Origin: a virus
Reading direction: 5' to 3' (one strand)
IMG/VR virus record: IMGVR_UViG_3300033490_000001
Length of the DNA: 64,000 nt
The stretch's first letter is position 1, and each line of letters starts with the position of its first letter. Below are positions 47,014 through 56,958 of this stretch, piece after piece. The position numbers and the translations under genes are program-made. Under the pieces are notes generated by a model, which was not told the origin of the DNA, did no database searches, and saw only the letters and a program-made list of their open reading frames with translations.

Positions 47014-47691
47014 ATGGAAATGAGTGTGCTGGTTGTAACTCACTGTTTCAAGCAGGTTCATTACGAAGCGTTAATGTCAGTCTTTGAAAGCTGGCTAGAA
47101 AGGCTAAGTGGATGTCAGTTTGTTATCGGCTTTATGAGCGATAGAGCGCCAGATGCGTTTAACAGCTGGGCTGAATCGATTTCTGGAAGAACTGCAAATG
47201 TCGTGTTTCATCCTTTTGAGAGCCCGCTTTCTTACGGACAGGCGTACAATACGCTCATCGAGAATCGAAACTTCGATGTCTTGTTGGTATTAGCTCCATT
47301 CGTCGTTCCGAAACATTGGTTGCTTGGTTCGATTTCTGAGTGGACCAAAAGCTATTCGCTGATAGGTCATTACAAGCCACCGAGAGTCCTGATAGCTGAG
47401 CAACTGCTATTGCCGTTAGTCGCACCTGTAATCATCGAACTTGGCAGGATGAACTTGGATTGCGTTGTGGCGAAACCTGATTTCTCTATCGATTTCTCAT
47501 ACACCGAGCACTTGTTTGGAACAGTTCTCGTTCGAGGAAGACCTGGAGCCAATCTTCTCTTCAATGCTCTGATCGCCGGTTGTTCGGTTTTGGCATTGCC
47601 ATACGCGTGCAAGCCAGTCAAATATGTCGTAAAGGAACACAACTTTGGATCGAGTTCGTTGAAAGAGGCGATCGGCAATGCGGATCTCTGA
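47014..47691 (+). CDS. Divergent GT-A (GT2-like) fold protein
   Basis: VLVVTH...YGQAYNTLIENRNFDVLLVL...KHWL resembles the GT2 N-terminal half; no DxD seen. Confidence 0.4.
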   Translation: MEMSVLVVTHCFKQVHYEALMSVFESWLERLSGCQFVIGFMSDRAPDAFNSWAESISGRTANVVFHPFESPLSYGQAYNTLIENRNFDVLLVLAPFVVPKHWLLGSISEWTKSYSLIGHYKPPRVLIAEQLLLPLVAPVIIELGRMNLDCVVAKPDFSIDFSYTEHLFGTVLVRGRPGANLLFNALIAGCSVLALPYACKPVKYVVKEHNFGSSSLKEAIGNADL

Positions 47692-48601
47692 TGCAATTGA
47701 CAGGCAAAGGGTCGCTGTATCGCCTGGCTCGCGAAGTTACCGTCGCGCAATAAATGCCATATTGAGACAGCTAGCTGCCATCGCGTTCTCTGGCAGGAAA
47801 GGTCTGACCACACGCGATGAAGTCGCTCTATTCACGCTCGTTCCTGAGTATGCTATGCTGGCTATAGAAGCTGCAACTTTGGCTTCATCCGCGATTGTCA
47901 CGATCGATTTTCCAAATGGAAGTTTTGTGCTTCCAGAGAACTTGATTTCGATGCTATACTTAGACCACCTAATTTTCGGATACGCAGCCTTCGAACGAGC
48001 CGGAGATACGGTCGTCTATGCCGATCCAACGCAATTTACCTCAATCACGCTCAAAGAGGATGGCAGCCTGTCGGTGATAATTAGGGAGATGGAAGATGTT
48101 TCTGATCGTGTTGGCGTAATTACGCTCCATCCAAACCCGTATGTATTTGGTTTTTCAGTGCCGGAATTGATACCTCAGACATTCGTTACCCTTCTGCTCG
48201 TTAGAAACAGAATCGTGTATGAAGTGTCTCAGTTCAGGAAACCAGAAGTAATGATTGTAACCAATGAAATCATGTCGACTGACGAAGTGAATTCCCGTCG
48301 CAGGCAGATCATCGAACAAGCTGAAGACGATTACGGTTCATTTATCCTGTATTCGCACAACGCTGAGGACAAACCGCAGGTTGTCGTGTTGGACAAAAAG
48401 GAAGTAGATCTCAAAGACTTAGATTCGATTATTGAGCGCGAAGTCGCGATTTTGCGGAAAGCGTGTGGTCTTCCTGCTGACGGAAGGCTGTCAGCTGTTA
48501 TGGTGTCATTCTTCGATCAGCTTCAGTCCGAACTTGAACGCCTGTTTGTAGAAGCTAGAGTGCAAGTCGGCTTGCCTGACATCGCAGGTGATGGAGAATG
48601 A
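47678..48601 (+). CDS. Portal-like protein (unusually short)
   Basis: LDHLIFGYAAFER...YADPTQF...EDG resembles an HK97-type portal; lies between terminase and protease. Confidence 0.55.
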   Translation: MRISDAIDRQRVAVSPGSRSYRRAINAILRQLAAIAFSGRKGLTTRDEVALFTLVPEYAMLAIEAATLASSAIVTIDFPNGSFVLPENLISMLYLDHLIFGYAAFERAGDTVVYADPTQFTSITLKEDGSLSVIIREMEDVSDRVGVITLHPNPYVFGFSVPELIPQTFVTLLLVRNRIVYEVSQFRKPEVMIVTNEIMSTDEVNSRRRQIIEQAEDDYGSFILYSHNAEDKPQVVVLDKKEVDLKDLDSIIEREVAILRKACGLPADGRLSAVMVSFFDQLQSELERLFVEARVQVGLPDIAGDGE

Positions 48602-50559
48602 ATGACATTCTCGCTATAACTCAGGCAAGTGCAGTCGCGTCGTTTCCTGTGAAACTGACAGTTTCCGACGAAGTCCAAGCGAACAGGCGTCCTGTCACGG
48701 CTGTTTTGTTCAGAGCAGGAATTTTGTCGATCGCACCACCTTTTGGCGCTGATAAGCGAGTTCTGATAGACAGGCAAGCCATTGAAAAGATTGACTTAGA
48801 CAAGCTCGTCGGGTTGCCTTTCCACGCTGATTTCAACTTGTCATCGCACTGGTCTGATATAGGCGGAAGGAAATTGGCTATTGCCGTTGGAGCGATAGTC
48901 GAAGCCGAGAGAAACGACAACTCAATCATCGGTCATGGTTTTCTGTGGGACTTGGATTACCCTGACATCGTTGCAAAGATACGCGAGGCTTCAAATGAAG
49001 ACAAGCTGGCTATCTCTTGGGAGATCATCGATGTCGTCATGAAAGACGAAGGCGATTACTACCGAATCTATTCGTTCACTCCGACTGGGTTTGCGCTACT
49101 TAGGGCTGAGAACGCAGCGTTTAGGGACCTGATGCCAGCATTGGCTGCTATTCAGGACAAGCAACGATACATTCCAAGCGAACAAAAACTTGCAGTGCTT
49201 CTAGATGACCATCGGATACTTCACGCGTATTACGCGACATTGCGTCGTGGCGGAACTGTTGCCGATTGGACCATATCTGAGGTCGTAAAGCTTCACGCTA
49301 AGATCGTCGATGAGATGATGTTACGGCATGTCCACCACAAGCGCGGTGATGGGCTTTCTAGGTCGCTTAACGAAGAAAGCTTATCGCACCAGAACTTTCA
49401 ATTCTTCACCGATGAAATGTTGAACAATGTTGCCGAGATTTGGGCTGTCGATAAGCAGTTCGCGTCGAAAGCGATCAAGAAGGCATCGCGTCACGAGAAA
49501 ATTCAGTTGGATGACAAGCCAGAAGGAATTCCGTTGGGCGTTCCGGTAGCGCTGAGCGTTGATGACAAGATCGTAGCGTGTGGTGCAATTGCCAAGATAG
49601 AAGGCTCTTACTTCCTTGCATTGCCGGAAGTCTACAAGCGCCCAGTTTCTCTGAAGAAAGTTCAAGCATCGATCAGCAATTGGAAGGAGAAGTTGAAGAT
49701 CGCTGCCGAATTAATCGACAAGCTTCCAGATGTCGTTGTCATTCCTGGTTATGTCGCAGTCACAGGTTCGTCATTGCTGACGCCAAAAGCCCGAGACTTG
49801 GACATTTTGATCTGCGACAATGGGTTGTTCTCCAAGCTTTCAAGTTACTTTGGCGATTTCAACCCGCACATCACTCTCACCGATAAGCCAGCTGGATTGG
49901 CGATACCAACCTACGATGTAATGCTGGTCAAGAATGTTCGCAACCCTATCGAGCCCGTAGCGGACGCATTTACAGAGAAACTCGTTGAGCATGTCACTGT
50001 CACATCGGAAGATCCAATCGGTTTAGTTGCTGCAAGGATGCGGTCTCTTGGCGATCTAGATGTCTACCCGCTTGGCGCGTATTACACTGAGACAATTCCG
50101 ACTAAGCGCGGATTGCTGAAAGTCACTGACGAATTAGCGGAAATTTACACTGACGAAGATGAAGTTATCGCTATGACCTACCTTCTTGCCTACAAACCTG
50201 CATCGTGTTTGTCGCTTACCGCAGAAGTCTGGTATTCCGAAGATGCGTCTTGGATGGTTGCTGATTGTCTTTGGTGGAACGCTACCAAAGTGTCTGATTT
50301 ACCGTTCCCTTGGCGCTTAGCTTTTGCCAGAAAGATCGCCGAAGCGTTCATGTTGCCGATGGTTGAGTGGAGGATGCTAATGAACCCTAAGGAAGTCGGC
50401 AGCCTGCGGGCGTTCGTTCTTCAAGACCAGCAGGCTGTGTACAGCGCGCCTAGATTAGTCGTACTCAACAAATCAACAGGAGGTGCAAATTATGGCAGAA
50501 GCGGAAGTGATTGTTCAGTCAGCCCAAGCGAAGGTGGCTGCAATGAAGCGACATGTTAA
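48598..50559 (+). CDS. Prohead protease-like domain fused to a Pol-beta-type nucleotidyltransferase motif and a degenerate ligase-like domain
   Basis: N-terminal FHAD...H...AVGAIVEA...GHGFLW...ISWEI...TGFALL; VAVTGSSL...RDLDILI; C-terminal ADCLWWNATKVSDLPFPWRLAF aligns with the ligase FDVLYLDGEDIHKKPFRERRKLL. Confidence 0.6.
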   Translation: MNDILAITQASAVASFPVKLTVSDEVQANRRPVTAVLFRAGILSIAPPFGADKRVLIDRQAIEKIDLDKLVGLPFHADFNLSSHWSDIGGRKLAIAVGAIVEAERNDNSIIGHGFLWDLDYPDIVAKIREASNEDKLAISWEIIDVVMKDEGDYYRIYSFTPTGFALLRAENAAFRDLMPALAAIQDKQRYIPSEQKLAVLLDDHRILHAYYATLRRGGTVADWTISEVVKLHAKIVDEMMLRHVHHKRGDGLSRSLNEESLSHQNFQFFTDEMLNNVAEIWAVDKQFASKAIKKASRHEKIQLDDKPEGIPLGVPVALSVDDKIVACGAIAKIEGSYFLALPEVYKRPVSLKKVQASISNWKEKLKIAAELIDKLPDVVVIPGYVAVTGSSLLTPKARDLDILICDNGLFSKLSSYFGDFNPHITLTDKPAGLAIPTYDVMLVKNVRNPIEPVADAFTEKLVEHVTVTSEDPIGLVAARMRSLGDLDVYPLGAYYTETIPTKRGLLKVTDELAEIYTDEDEVIAMTYLLAYKPASCLSLTAEVWYSEDASWMVADCLWWNATKVSDLPFPWRLAFARKIAEAFMLPMVEWRMLMNPKEVGSLRAFVLQDQQAVYSAPRLVVLNKSTGGANYGRSGSDCSVSPSEGGCNEATC

Positions 50560-51205
50560 GCAAAAAGACATGAAGGTTTACTTCTCAAACGGTGTCGATC
50601 AGAGGCGTCGAAAATTCATTTCGGCGCTTCTCAAATGGCGTTACGGAATCTTGCAGCGAACCTATCAGCTGGAGGACGCTGACGTCATTATCGCCGCTAC
50701 AGAGTCTGAAGTCCAGTCGTATGCTACCAGTCCTGAGAAGTTGATTGTGTTGCCAGGTTACGATCTAGGACTGCTCCGTCGCGTTGGAGACGAAGTTCTG
50801 CATACAGGTCATACAAACAATGTCCCAACCTTATTAATTCCTCCCGGAGACGATTGGCTTATCAACCAATTTGAGCGAAGGCACTACAGGGTCGACAAGT
50901 GCCTCGCAGTCCAATCTGAACTCAACAAATTCAACAGCGCTGTCACTTCGGAACAACAAAATCAGATAAGGTCTGAAATCAGACGGCTTCTTATGGAATC
51001 GATGGAGAATGTCGATTACGTTGTTGTCTCTGAACGGTGCGGTACGATGCACGTAATTGTAGCTTCGATGGCTTCAGTTTTCGGCAAGCCAGTAATGGCT
51101 GAAGCTTATACTCCAGTTCTATCAGCGATCGTAGATTACTTCGTTGGAAGGCGAGAAGACTTGATTGCTTTGGTAGATGCGATGACGACAATGCGCGGTG
51201 GTTGA
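50483..51205 (+). CDS. Divergent GT-B-like fold protein
   Basis: DADVIIAA and DYVVVSERCG...ASVFGKPVM resemble the GT-B C-terminal signature. Confidence 0.4.
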   Translation: MQIMAEAEVIVQSAQAKVAAMKRHVKQKDMKVYFSNGVDQRRRKFISALLKWRYGILQRTYQLEDADVIIAATESEVQSYATSPEKLIVLPGYDLGLLRRVGDEVLHTGHTNNVPTLLIPPGDDWLINQFERRHYRVDKCLAVQSELNKFNSAVTSEQQNQIRSEIRRLLMESMENVDYVVVSERCGTMHVIVASMASVFGKPVMAEAYTPVLSAIVDYFVGRREDLIALVDAMTTMRGG

Positions 51206-54200
51206 AAATGAGACCTCTTCAGCCATTCAAGCCACTAAAGCCCGCTGAGGGCTATGGCAAGTATGAGTTCGATGACATCGATGAAGTCGTAGCGAACTTT
51301 GCATCCGAGCTTCTCGAAGAAGAAGGCGAACTTGTGGTTGAGCCCAAGTGGGATGGCATCAGGTTAGTCGTCCATTATGATGGTGAGCGTGTCGCCGCTT
51401 ACACCGAAGACAAGCAGCGCGACAGGGCTGAGATACTTCCAGCGCTTGTTGAAGAGATTCAGGAGAAATTCGGAAATCGCTCTGTCATCCTTGACGGCGA
51501 AATTCTTCTAGGTCGGATTGTCGATGGTAAATTCATGCCAGTTATGAGACCTGACATGATGAGAGTCGTCGTCGGCAAAGAGCCGATTACTGACCCGATC
51601 AGGTATGAAGTTTTCGATGTTCTTTACCTTGACGGCGAGGACATCCATAAGAAGCCATTCAGAGAGCGCCGAAAATTGCTTGAAAAACTGTTCGATTCGC
51701 TTGGGACAACAGATGTGTTGAAGCTCACTGAACAGCGCACCGTCAAATCTGTTGAAGAACTTCGCGATGCCATTGAATGGGCTTGTAATTTCATCGGGTC
51801 TGAAGGTGCGATGATAAAGTCGCTTGAGTCAGAATATGAGACCGATGGCAGGACAACTTCATGGGCTAAATACAAGCGATGGAAAGCGATCAAATGCTTG
51901 ATCATCGGAATTAGCAAAGTCTTTCCGCCAAACACTGATCCAGATGAGTGGCGAGAAGCTTTCAAACAGTCTAGGACATATATCTTCAGGTGCGCTGTTT
52001 ATGGGCCTGACGGCGAGACTTTGATTCCGATCGAATCTAAGCGAACACTGACTGAAAGTGACATGAAGCTTCGATATGTCCGAGCTGGCGAAGAGGATCC
52101 AGTTACTGGCAAAGTCGCTTCCAAGAGTGAATGGCGTGGCAGAGACGATCCTAGACTGTGGGAGATGGATGAACGGTTTATTCGTGAACCCGGAGATTTC
52201 GCTCTTGGTCAAACCTACGCAATCAAGGTTGAGGAAGGTGAGCCAAAGCTTGGTGATGTCGTTGAAGTTGCTCCGATAGCGCTGAACTGGTTTGAAGACG
52301 ATGAAGGCTACATGCACCTTACATGGATGCATCCTAAAGCTTTAGGAGTCGGCATAGATGACCAGTCCGAAGTCGCTGGCTGGGATCGAGTGACAGAACT
52401 TGTGTTGGCGTCTGGGCAGGATATGCCGGAAGTTAAAGTTGTCGATGGCAAATTGAAGATCGTCAAACAAGCAGTTGGCGTTCCTTCGATAGTCATCGCT
52501 TCAAAAGACAAGGACGATGAAGAAAGCGATGATGAGGATGAGCCAAAGAAGCAGATGCTACCGCGAATTTTTAAAGAAGCGTTCGGAGTAGGGTTGCCGC
52601 GATCGGTAATCAAAGCATGTGTCGCTGTCTTGCCTGACGATTACAAGACATACATTGAACTGTTCGCTGGTGCTAGCTGTGGTCTGTTACGATGGAAAGA
52701 TCGAAGACCGGATGAAACTGAGATTCTGATTGACATAGACCCATTTGTTGTAGCCTTCCTGAAAGTGCTTAAGTCCGGCGATTGGCGAAAGCTTCGCAGG
52801 TTTCGCTGGAACCCGAATAAGGAGCGATGGCTCGAAATTCGACAGGCGATTAGAGAAGGAGACTACGATGATGCTCCGATACTCAAGAAAGCGTATGCCT
52901 TTGCATACACTACTTTTTACTCCAACAGTAGATATGGACCAACTGGCTCGTATTCTCCAGTAAGGCGATACGAGTGGCGCAAAGAATTAGAGCGTGTCTG
53001 GGAAAGGTGTGCTCGGTGGGAGCAGCGGTTGAAGGGAGTTCGCATATATTGCATGGACGCTTTCGATGCTATGGAAAAATTTGACGCGCATGATACTTTT
53101 TTCTTTGCTGACCCGCCATGGGTAGTACCATCAGTCATCAAGAAAGGCGATAATCCATTCTACACGTTCTCTTGGGACATGGAAGAACACGAACGCTTCA
53201 TTGAAGCGTGCTCTCAATTGAAAGGCAGGATCTTAATCTTGAACCAAGCATTTGCCAAGAAATTCGCCAATCTAGGAAGCAAATGGAATTATCGGGTATT
53301 CACATACGTCACCGGTCATTCTCCATGGACAACAATTCCTGAGAACGTAAAGCGCGATAGGAGTTTAAAAGGCAACTTCTACAGGCACAAGATCTACCTA
53401 ATTGCCAACTACGAACTGCCTGAGATCCCGTCGGCTATCAAGAGAGAAGCTCTCATGCGGTCGGCTGATTCATCTATCGAGCGTTTAGTCGAAGAAGAAG
53501 AAATGACCCATGAAGAGCAAAGGCTTGAAGAGGAGCGCCGTTTTGGCGATCCATACAAAGTCAGGCACGATGTCAAGAACTTCGAGGATGGCTATGAGTT
53601 CGTTTTGATGCGACATTATCGTGGCTTGTGGAGCGATGCGGAGAGAAGCGCGATTGTTAAGCGCTTGAAAGAGTGGAAAGCTGCTGGATCAGAACGCCGT
53701 CGAGAAATCTGGGACGAGCTTGTCAAGGATTTGCATGTCTTACGACTTACAGTAGACATTGACACGCTCATAGAGCGAGCGCAGAAAGCCTCGGATGAAA
53801 GGCGAGATGTCTCCAAAGTTATCGATGACGCATTGTCCGATGAGATGCCGGAAGATGTCGATTCAATTGACGACTTGATCGGCGAAATTGTTAACTTGGC
53901 GAGTCTCCATAGCGATCTCAGGATAGTCAACCCAGCACAGCCCAAGACACAGCTTATCGGTTGGACGTTGACCACGCCGCCAGCTGCAATTCAGTTTCTC
54001 GACGGCGAAATTGTTCCAGTCCTGAGAGACAAGTTCCTTAACTACAAAGAAGGCGATCGAATTGTGGCTATCAGGAAAGCTCGGCAGCCTAAGGTGTGGC
54101 TTACTATTGTGACTCCATCCGAACCAATTCTTTGGGCGCCGCCCGGATCTGCTGGTTCTACTCCTGGAACTTGGGCGATGTTTGAATGGAAAGCTAATGG

Positions 54201-54588
54201 CGTTGTGTGGTTTGGTGTGCAGAGACCGGATTACCATGAAATGTGGCTGAAGTTCGAAGAATACGACGACGATGCTGAGCCATTAGATGGGAAGTGGGTT
54301 GCTAGGTTGCTCAAAGGTGAAGGACCTAAGATCGGGAAGGGCAGTGAGTATTGGCAATTTTGGTATCCTGAAGATCAAGGTCAACTGCCGTATGTTCTTA
54401 CGCACACTCCAGAACAAGCACGCAGCGAATGGAAAGGTAGACGCTACGAGTATGTAATCTTGAACTTGGATGTCGTGCCCATCGTGCTGGAACAGTTTCC
54501 TGAGATCAACGAAATCTTGCAATCAAGCAGGAAAGCACAGAAAATGCTTGAACAACTTGACAAGTGGCTCAAACTCGAGAAAGATTGA
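51202..54588 (+). CDS. Multidomain ATP-dependent DNA ligase + D12-class (Dam-like) N6-adenine MTase + LigD phosphoesterase-like domain
   Basis: VEPKWDGIR, ILDGEI, FDVLYLDG, EGAMIK, WAKYK, OB fold; ELFAG, IDID, FFADPPW; FVLMRH...LHSDLRI. Confidence 0.88.
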   Translation: MKMRPLQPFKPLKPAEGYGKYEFDDIDEVVANFASELLEEEGELVVEPKWDGIRLVVHYDGERVAAYTEDKQRDRAEILPALVEEIQEKFGNRSVILDGEILLGRIVDGKFMPVMRPDMMRVVVGKEPITDPIRYEVFDVLYLDGEDIHKKPFRERRKLLEKLFDSLGTTDVLKLTEQRTVKSVEELRDAIEWACNFIGSEGAMIKSLESEYETDGRTTSWAKYKRWKAIKCLIIGISKVFPPNTDPDEWREAFKQSRTYIFRCAVYGPDGETLIPIESKRTLTESDMKLRYVRAGEEDPVTGKVASKSEWRGRDDPRLWEMDERFIREPGDFALGQTYAIKVEEGEPKLGDVVEVAPIALNWFEDDEGYMHLTWMHPKALGVGIDDQSEVAGWDRVTELVLASGQDMPEVKVVDGKLKIVKQAVGVPSIVIASKDKDDEESDDEDEPKKQMLPRIFKEAFGVGLPRSVIKACVAVLPDDYKTYIELFAGASCGLLRWKDRRPDETEILIDIDPFVVAFLKVLKSGDWRKLRRFRWNPNKERWLEIRQAIREGDYDDAPILKKAYAFAYTTFYSNSRYGPTGSYSPVRRYEWRKELERVWERCARWEQRLKGVRIYCMDAFDAMEKFDAHDTFFFADPPWVVPSVIKKGDNPFYTFSWDMEEHERFIEACSQLKGRILILNQAFAKKFANLGSKWNYRVFTYVTGHSPWTTIPENVKRDRSLKGNFYRHKIYLIANYELPEIPSAIKREALMRSADSSIERLVEEEEMTHEEQRLEEERRFGDPYKVRHDVKNFEDGYEFVLMRHYRGLWSDAERSAIVKRLKEWKAAGSERRREIWDELVKDLHVLRLTVDIDTLIERAQKASDERRDVSKVIDDALSDEMPEDVDSIDDLIGEIVNLASLHSDLRIVNPAQPKTQLIGWTLTTPPAAIQFLDGEIVPVLRDKFLNYKEGDRIVAIRKARQPKVWLTIVTPSEPILWAPPGSAGSTPGTWAMFEWKANGVVWFGVQRPDYHEMWLKFEEYDDDAEPLDGKWVARLLKGEGPKIGKGSEYWQFWYPEDQGQLPYVLTHTPEQARSEWKGRRYEYVILNLDVVPIVLEQFPEINEILQSSRKAQKMLEQLDKWLKLEKD

Positions 54589-54594
54589 GATGTC

Positions 54595-54623
54595 TTGACG
54601 AGCACAGTAGGTTCGGCTATAAT
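54595..54623 (+). promoter_or_regulatory. sigma70-type promoter for the scaffold/capsid genes
   Basis: TTGACG-17 nt-TATAAT, with CGGC before the -10 box. Confidence 0.8.
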
Positions 54624-54730
54624 TATGCGCGAGTGTAACTTAAGATTGAATAAATTAGTCATGGTAGCGATGTCTTATCGCGTGGAAGCTACTGGCAGTT
54701 CAGTTGAGATGATCGAAGGAGGCGACGAAC

Positions 54731-55858
54731 ATGCCGAAAATTCCAGCCGAGGTTGCTGAGGCGCTTCAACTGGAGTCTGCTGCCAATGATTCCGAAGACA
54801 CTATCGTGCAGCGTGTAGTCAAGCGGATTATTTCTATGTTCGGTCAACTTGCGGCATCTGAAGAGAGCAATCAAGTTGGTGAACAGATCCAGTCTAATGA
54901 ATCTACGGACAATGGGACGAATGCACCTTCAGAGAACACATCCTATGGCTACCAGCCAGCCTACGGTTACCCACCTGCTTACGGAGTTCCTGCTAATGTT
55001 GCTGTTAAGCTTCTTCAAGAAGCGCTTGCCGTTTTAGAGAAGGTCGCAGATAGTAACAGCAAAGTGAAAGATGAAGCTGCTGCTGTTGTCGAGAAGATTC
55101 GAGAAGCTCTTGGTATAGCGAGTTCCGGCAAGATGAGCAGCCAGATGGTGGACTGGCTGAGCGAGCTTCGGCTTGCTGTCACTGTCCAGCAAGGAACACA
55201 GCCAGTTTTGCCACCATCCGAAGCAGCTAGTCGGCTGAATGCTGCATGGGAACAGTGGGTTGATCTGGTCAAGTCCGGCGTGAGTGTCGGCGTAGGTCAA
55301 GTATTCGACGTGATGTTTGCATTGAGAGCTGCTGTCCAAATTGCCTATCGTTCACTTCTAGCAGTTCAGGCTAGTGAGAGTTCGGAGAAAGATGAGAAAG
55401 AAACCGACGAAGAACCTGAGAAGGTTGAAGCACAAGTTAATCAAGAGGCAGCACAAGAAGTTGTCGATGCTGACCAAGGTTCAAACGCCACGCAAACACA
55501 GCATGACGGACAAGGCGAGCAGGTTCAAGACGGCTTAGTTGCTCAATCGGCAGAACAAGCAGCTGACCAAGTTGCCAACTCAACGAGCGCTGATTCATCT
55601 GGCGATTCGGATCTGAAGTCAGTAGTGATGCAACTTTTAGAGCAGGTTTCTGCGCTCAATCAGAAGGTCGATACTTTAGAAACACAAATTCGCGAGCGGC
55701 GACGCGTCACTTTGTTCGCGTCGACTCAGCGTGATGAAGGTCCAGAAGACGACTTGATCAAGCGCTGGAGCTCAGCGACTACTGAATCTGAGCGAAAGCG
55801 CATTTTGAGGGAAGCCCAAAAGTTATTGGCAGCTCCGCGTCCATTGGAGCGAGATTGA
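54731..55858 (+). CDS. Capsid scaffolding-like protein
   Basis: Acidic, low-complexity, coiled-coil; immediately upstream of the capsid gene. Confidence 0.65.
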   Translation: MPKIPAEVAEALQLESAANDSEDTIVQRVVKRIISMFGQLAASEESNQVGEQIQSNESTDNGTNAPSENTSYGYQPAYGYPPAYGVPANVAVKLLQEALAVLEKVADSNSKVKDEAAAVVEKIREALGIASSGKMSSQMVDWLSELRLAVTVQQGTQPVLPPSEAASRLNAAWEQWVDLVKSGVSVGVGQVFDVMFALRAAVQIAYRSLLAVQASESSEKDEKETDEEPEKVEAQVNQEAAQEVVDADQGSNATQTQHDGQGEQVQDGLVAQSAEQAADQVANSTSADSSGDSDLKSVVMQLLEQVSALNQKVDTLETQIRERRRVTLFASTQRDEGPEDDLIKRWSSATTESERKRILREAQKLLAAPRPLERD

Positions 55859-55935
55859 AAACACAAATAGCTAACTAGAAGCGACAGTTCTAGCAGTTAC
55901 TCGCATTGAGCAATCTAAGTTGGAGGTGCACAATT

Positions 55936-56889
55936 ATGGCTGATCTCGAAACCAAAGTCGCGAAGGCACTTGCAGCTGCCGACATCACATCGACTACGGA
56001 GTTCTTGTGGACTCCGATTACCTCGGTCGTTCAGGTCATTCTTGACGGCATGTCCGAGCCGATCGCGTTAAAGCGGTTCGATCGGATCAAGGGCGATGGC
56101 GGCGAGTATGTCGCTTTCTATGCAGCCAAGACGCGCTACGGTCGTGCCCGCGCAATCAACTGGCGAACGGCAACGGAGTTTCCGCAGTTCAACTGGGACT
56201 CTGGCGAGCGCGTCCAAGTTCCATACGGTGTCTATGCAATCAAGGCGGTGACTAACAGAGCTCTCGAACTGTTTGGCAAGAACTTGGGCAGCGAGCACGA
56301 GCGCCGAGTCAACGCAGCACTGCGAGACTTGCTCATCACTGTCGAATATGACTGCTTCTTTGGCGTTCACGATCCAGATAACAATCAGTTTGGGCTTGAT
56401 GGCCTTACCGAACTCATCCCATCGGAAAACGTTGTCTCGGCGAGCGGTGCTCTGACGTATGAGGATGTCGTTGAGGCTGCTAGGATTGTCCGCTCACGCG
56501 GTGGAATTCCAAGAGAGCTTTATGCTTCGACTGCTGATATCGAGAATGTCGTTAAGGAACTGGCTAAGACCTACGGTATTGGTCCTGAAGGTCAAGCTAA
56601 GTGGTTGACCGGTGAGCTGCCTATTCCTACTCCATATGGCAACATCAAGCCCATCGTTCACCCACTCTTCCCTTCAACTGGAAACCGCAGCGCATTCTTA
56701 CTTGACCCAGACACCATGACCGATGAAGGTCCAGCTTTGCACTTGCGCTATCTTGGCGATGAAATGCCACTTCGGATCGATTTGCCCGGTTCTGACATGT
56801 CGATCGCTCAAGGCTTCTTGTGGATTGTCGCGCTCGTTGCTCCCGGGCGATACTGGCAGGCACGCATTGCAATTTCCGCTAGCGCATAA
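55936..56889 (+). CDS. Major capsid protein (HK97 fold)
   Basis: GGAGGTG RBS; EYDCFFG...FGLDGLTELI; size and position; followed by a strong hairpin. Confidence 0.8.
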   Translation: MADLETKVAKALAAADITSTTEFLWTPITSVVQVILDGMSEPIALKRFDRIKGDGGEYVAFYAAKTRYGRARAINWRTATEFPQFNWDSGERVQVPYGVYAIKAVTNRALELFGKNLGSEHERRVNAALRDLLITVEYDCFFGVHDPDNNQFGLDGLTELIPSENVVSASGALTYEDVVEAARIVRSRGGIPRELYASTADIENVVKELAKTYGIGPEGQAKWLTGELPIPTPYGNIKPIVHPLFPSTGNRSAFLLDPDTMTDEGPALHLRYLGDEMPLRIDLPGSDMSIAQGFLWIVALVAPGRYWQARIAISASA

Positions 56890-56917
56890 TAGTCGTGCTC
56901 TAACCTAAGATAGAATG

Positions 56918-56958
56918 AGCCAGCACTGGCAAGGATTGTATCCTGCCAGTGCTGGGCT
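56918..56958 (+). terminator. Strong hairpin after the capsid gene (attenuator/stabiliser)
   Basis: CCAGCACTGGCAAGGAT/ATCCTGCCAGTGCTGG stem; no clear U tract. Confidence 0.6.
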
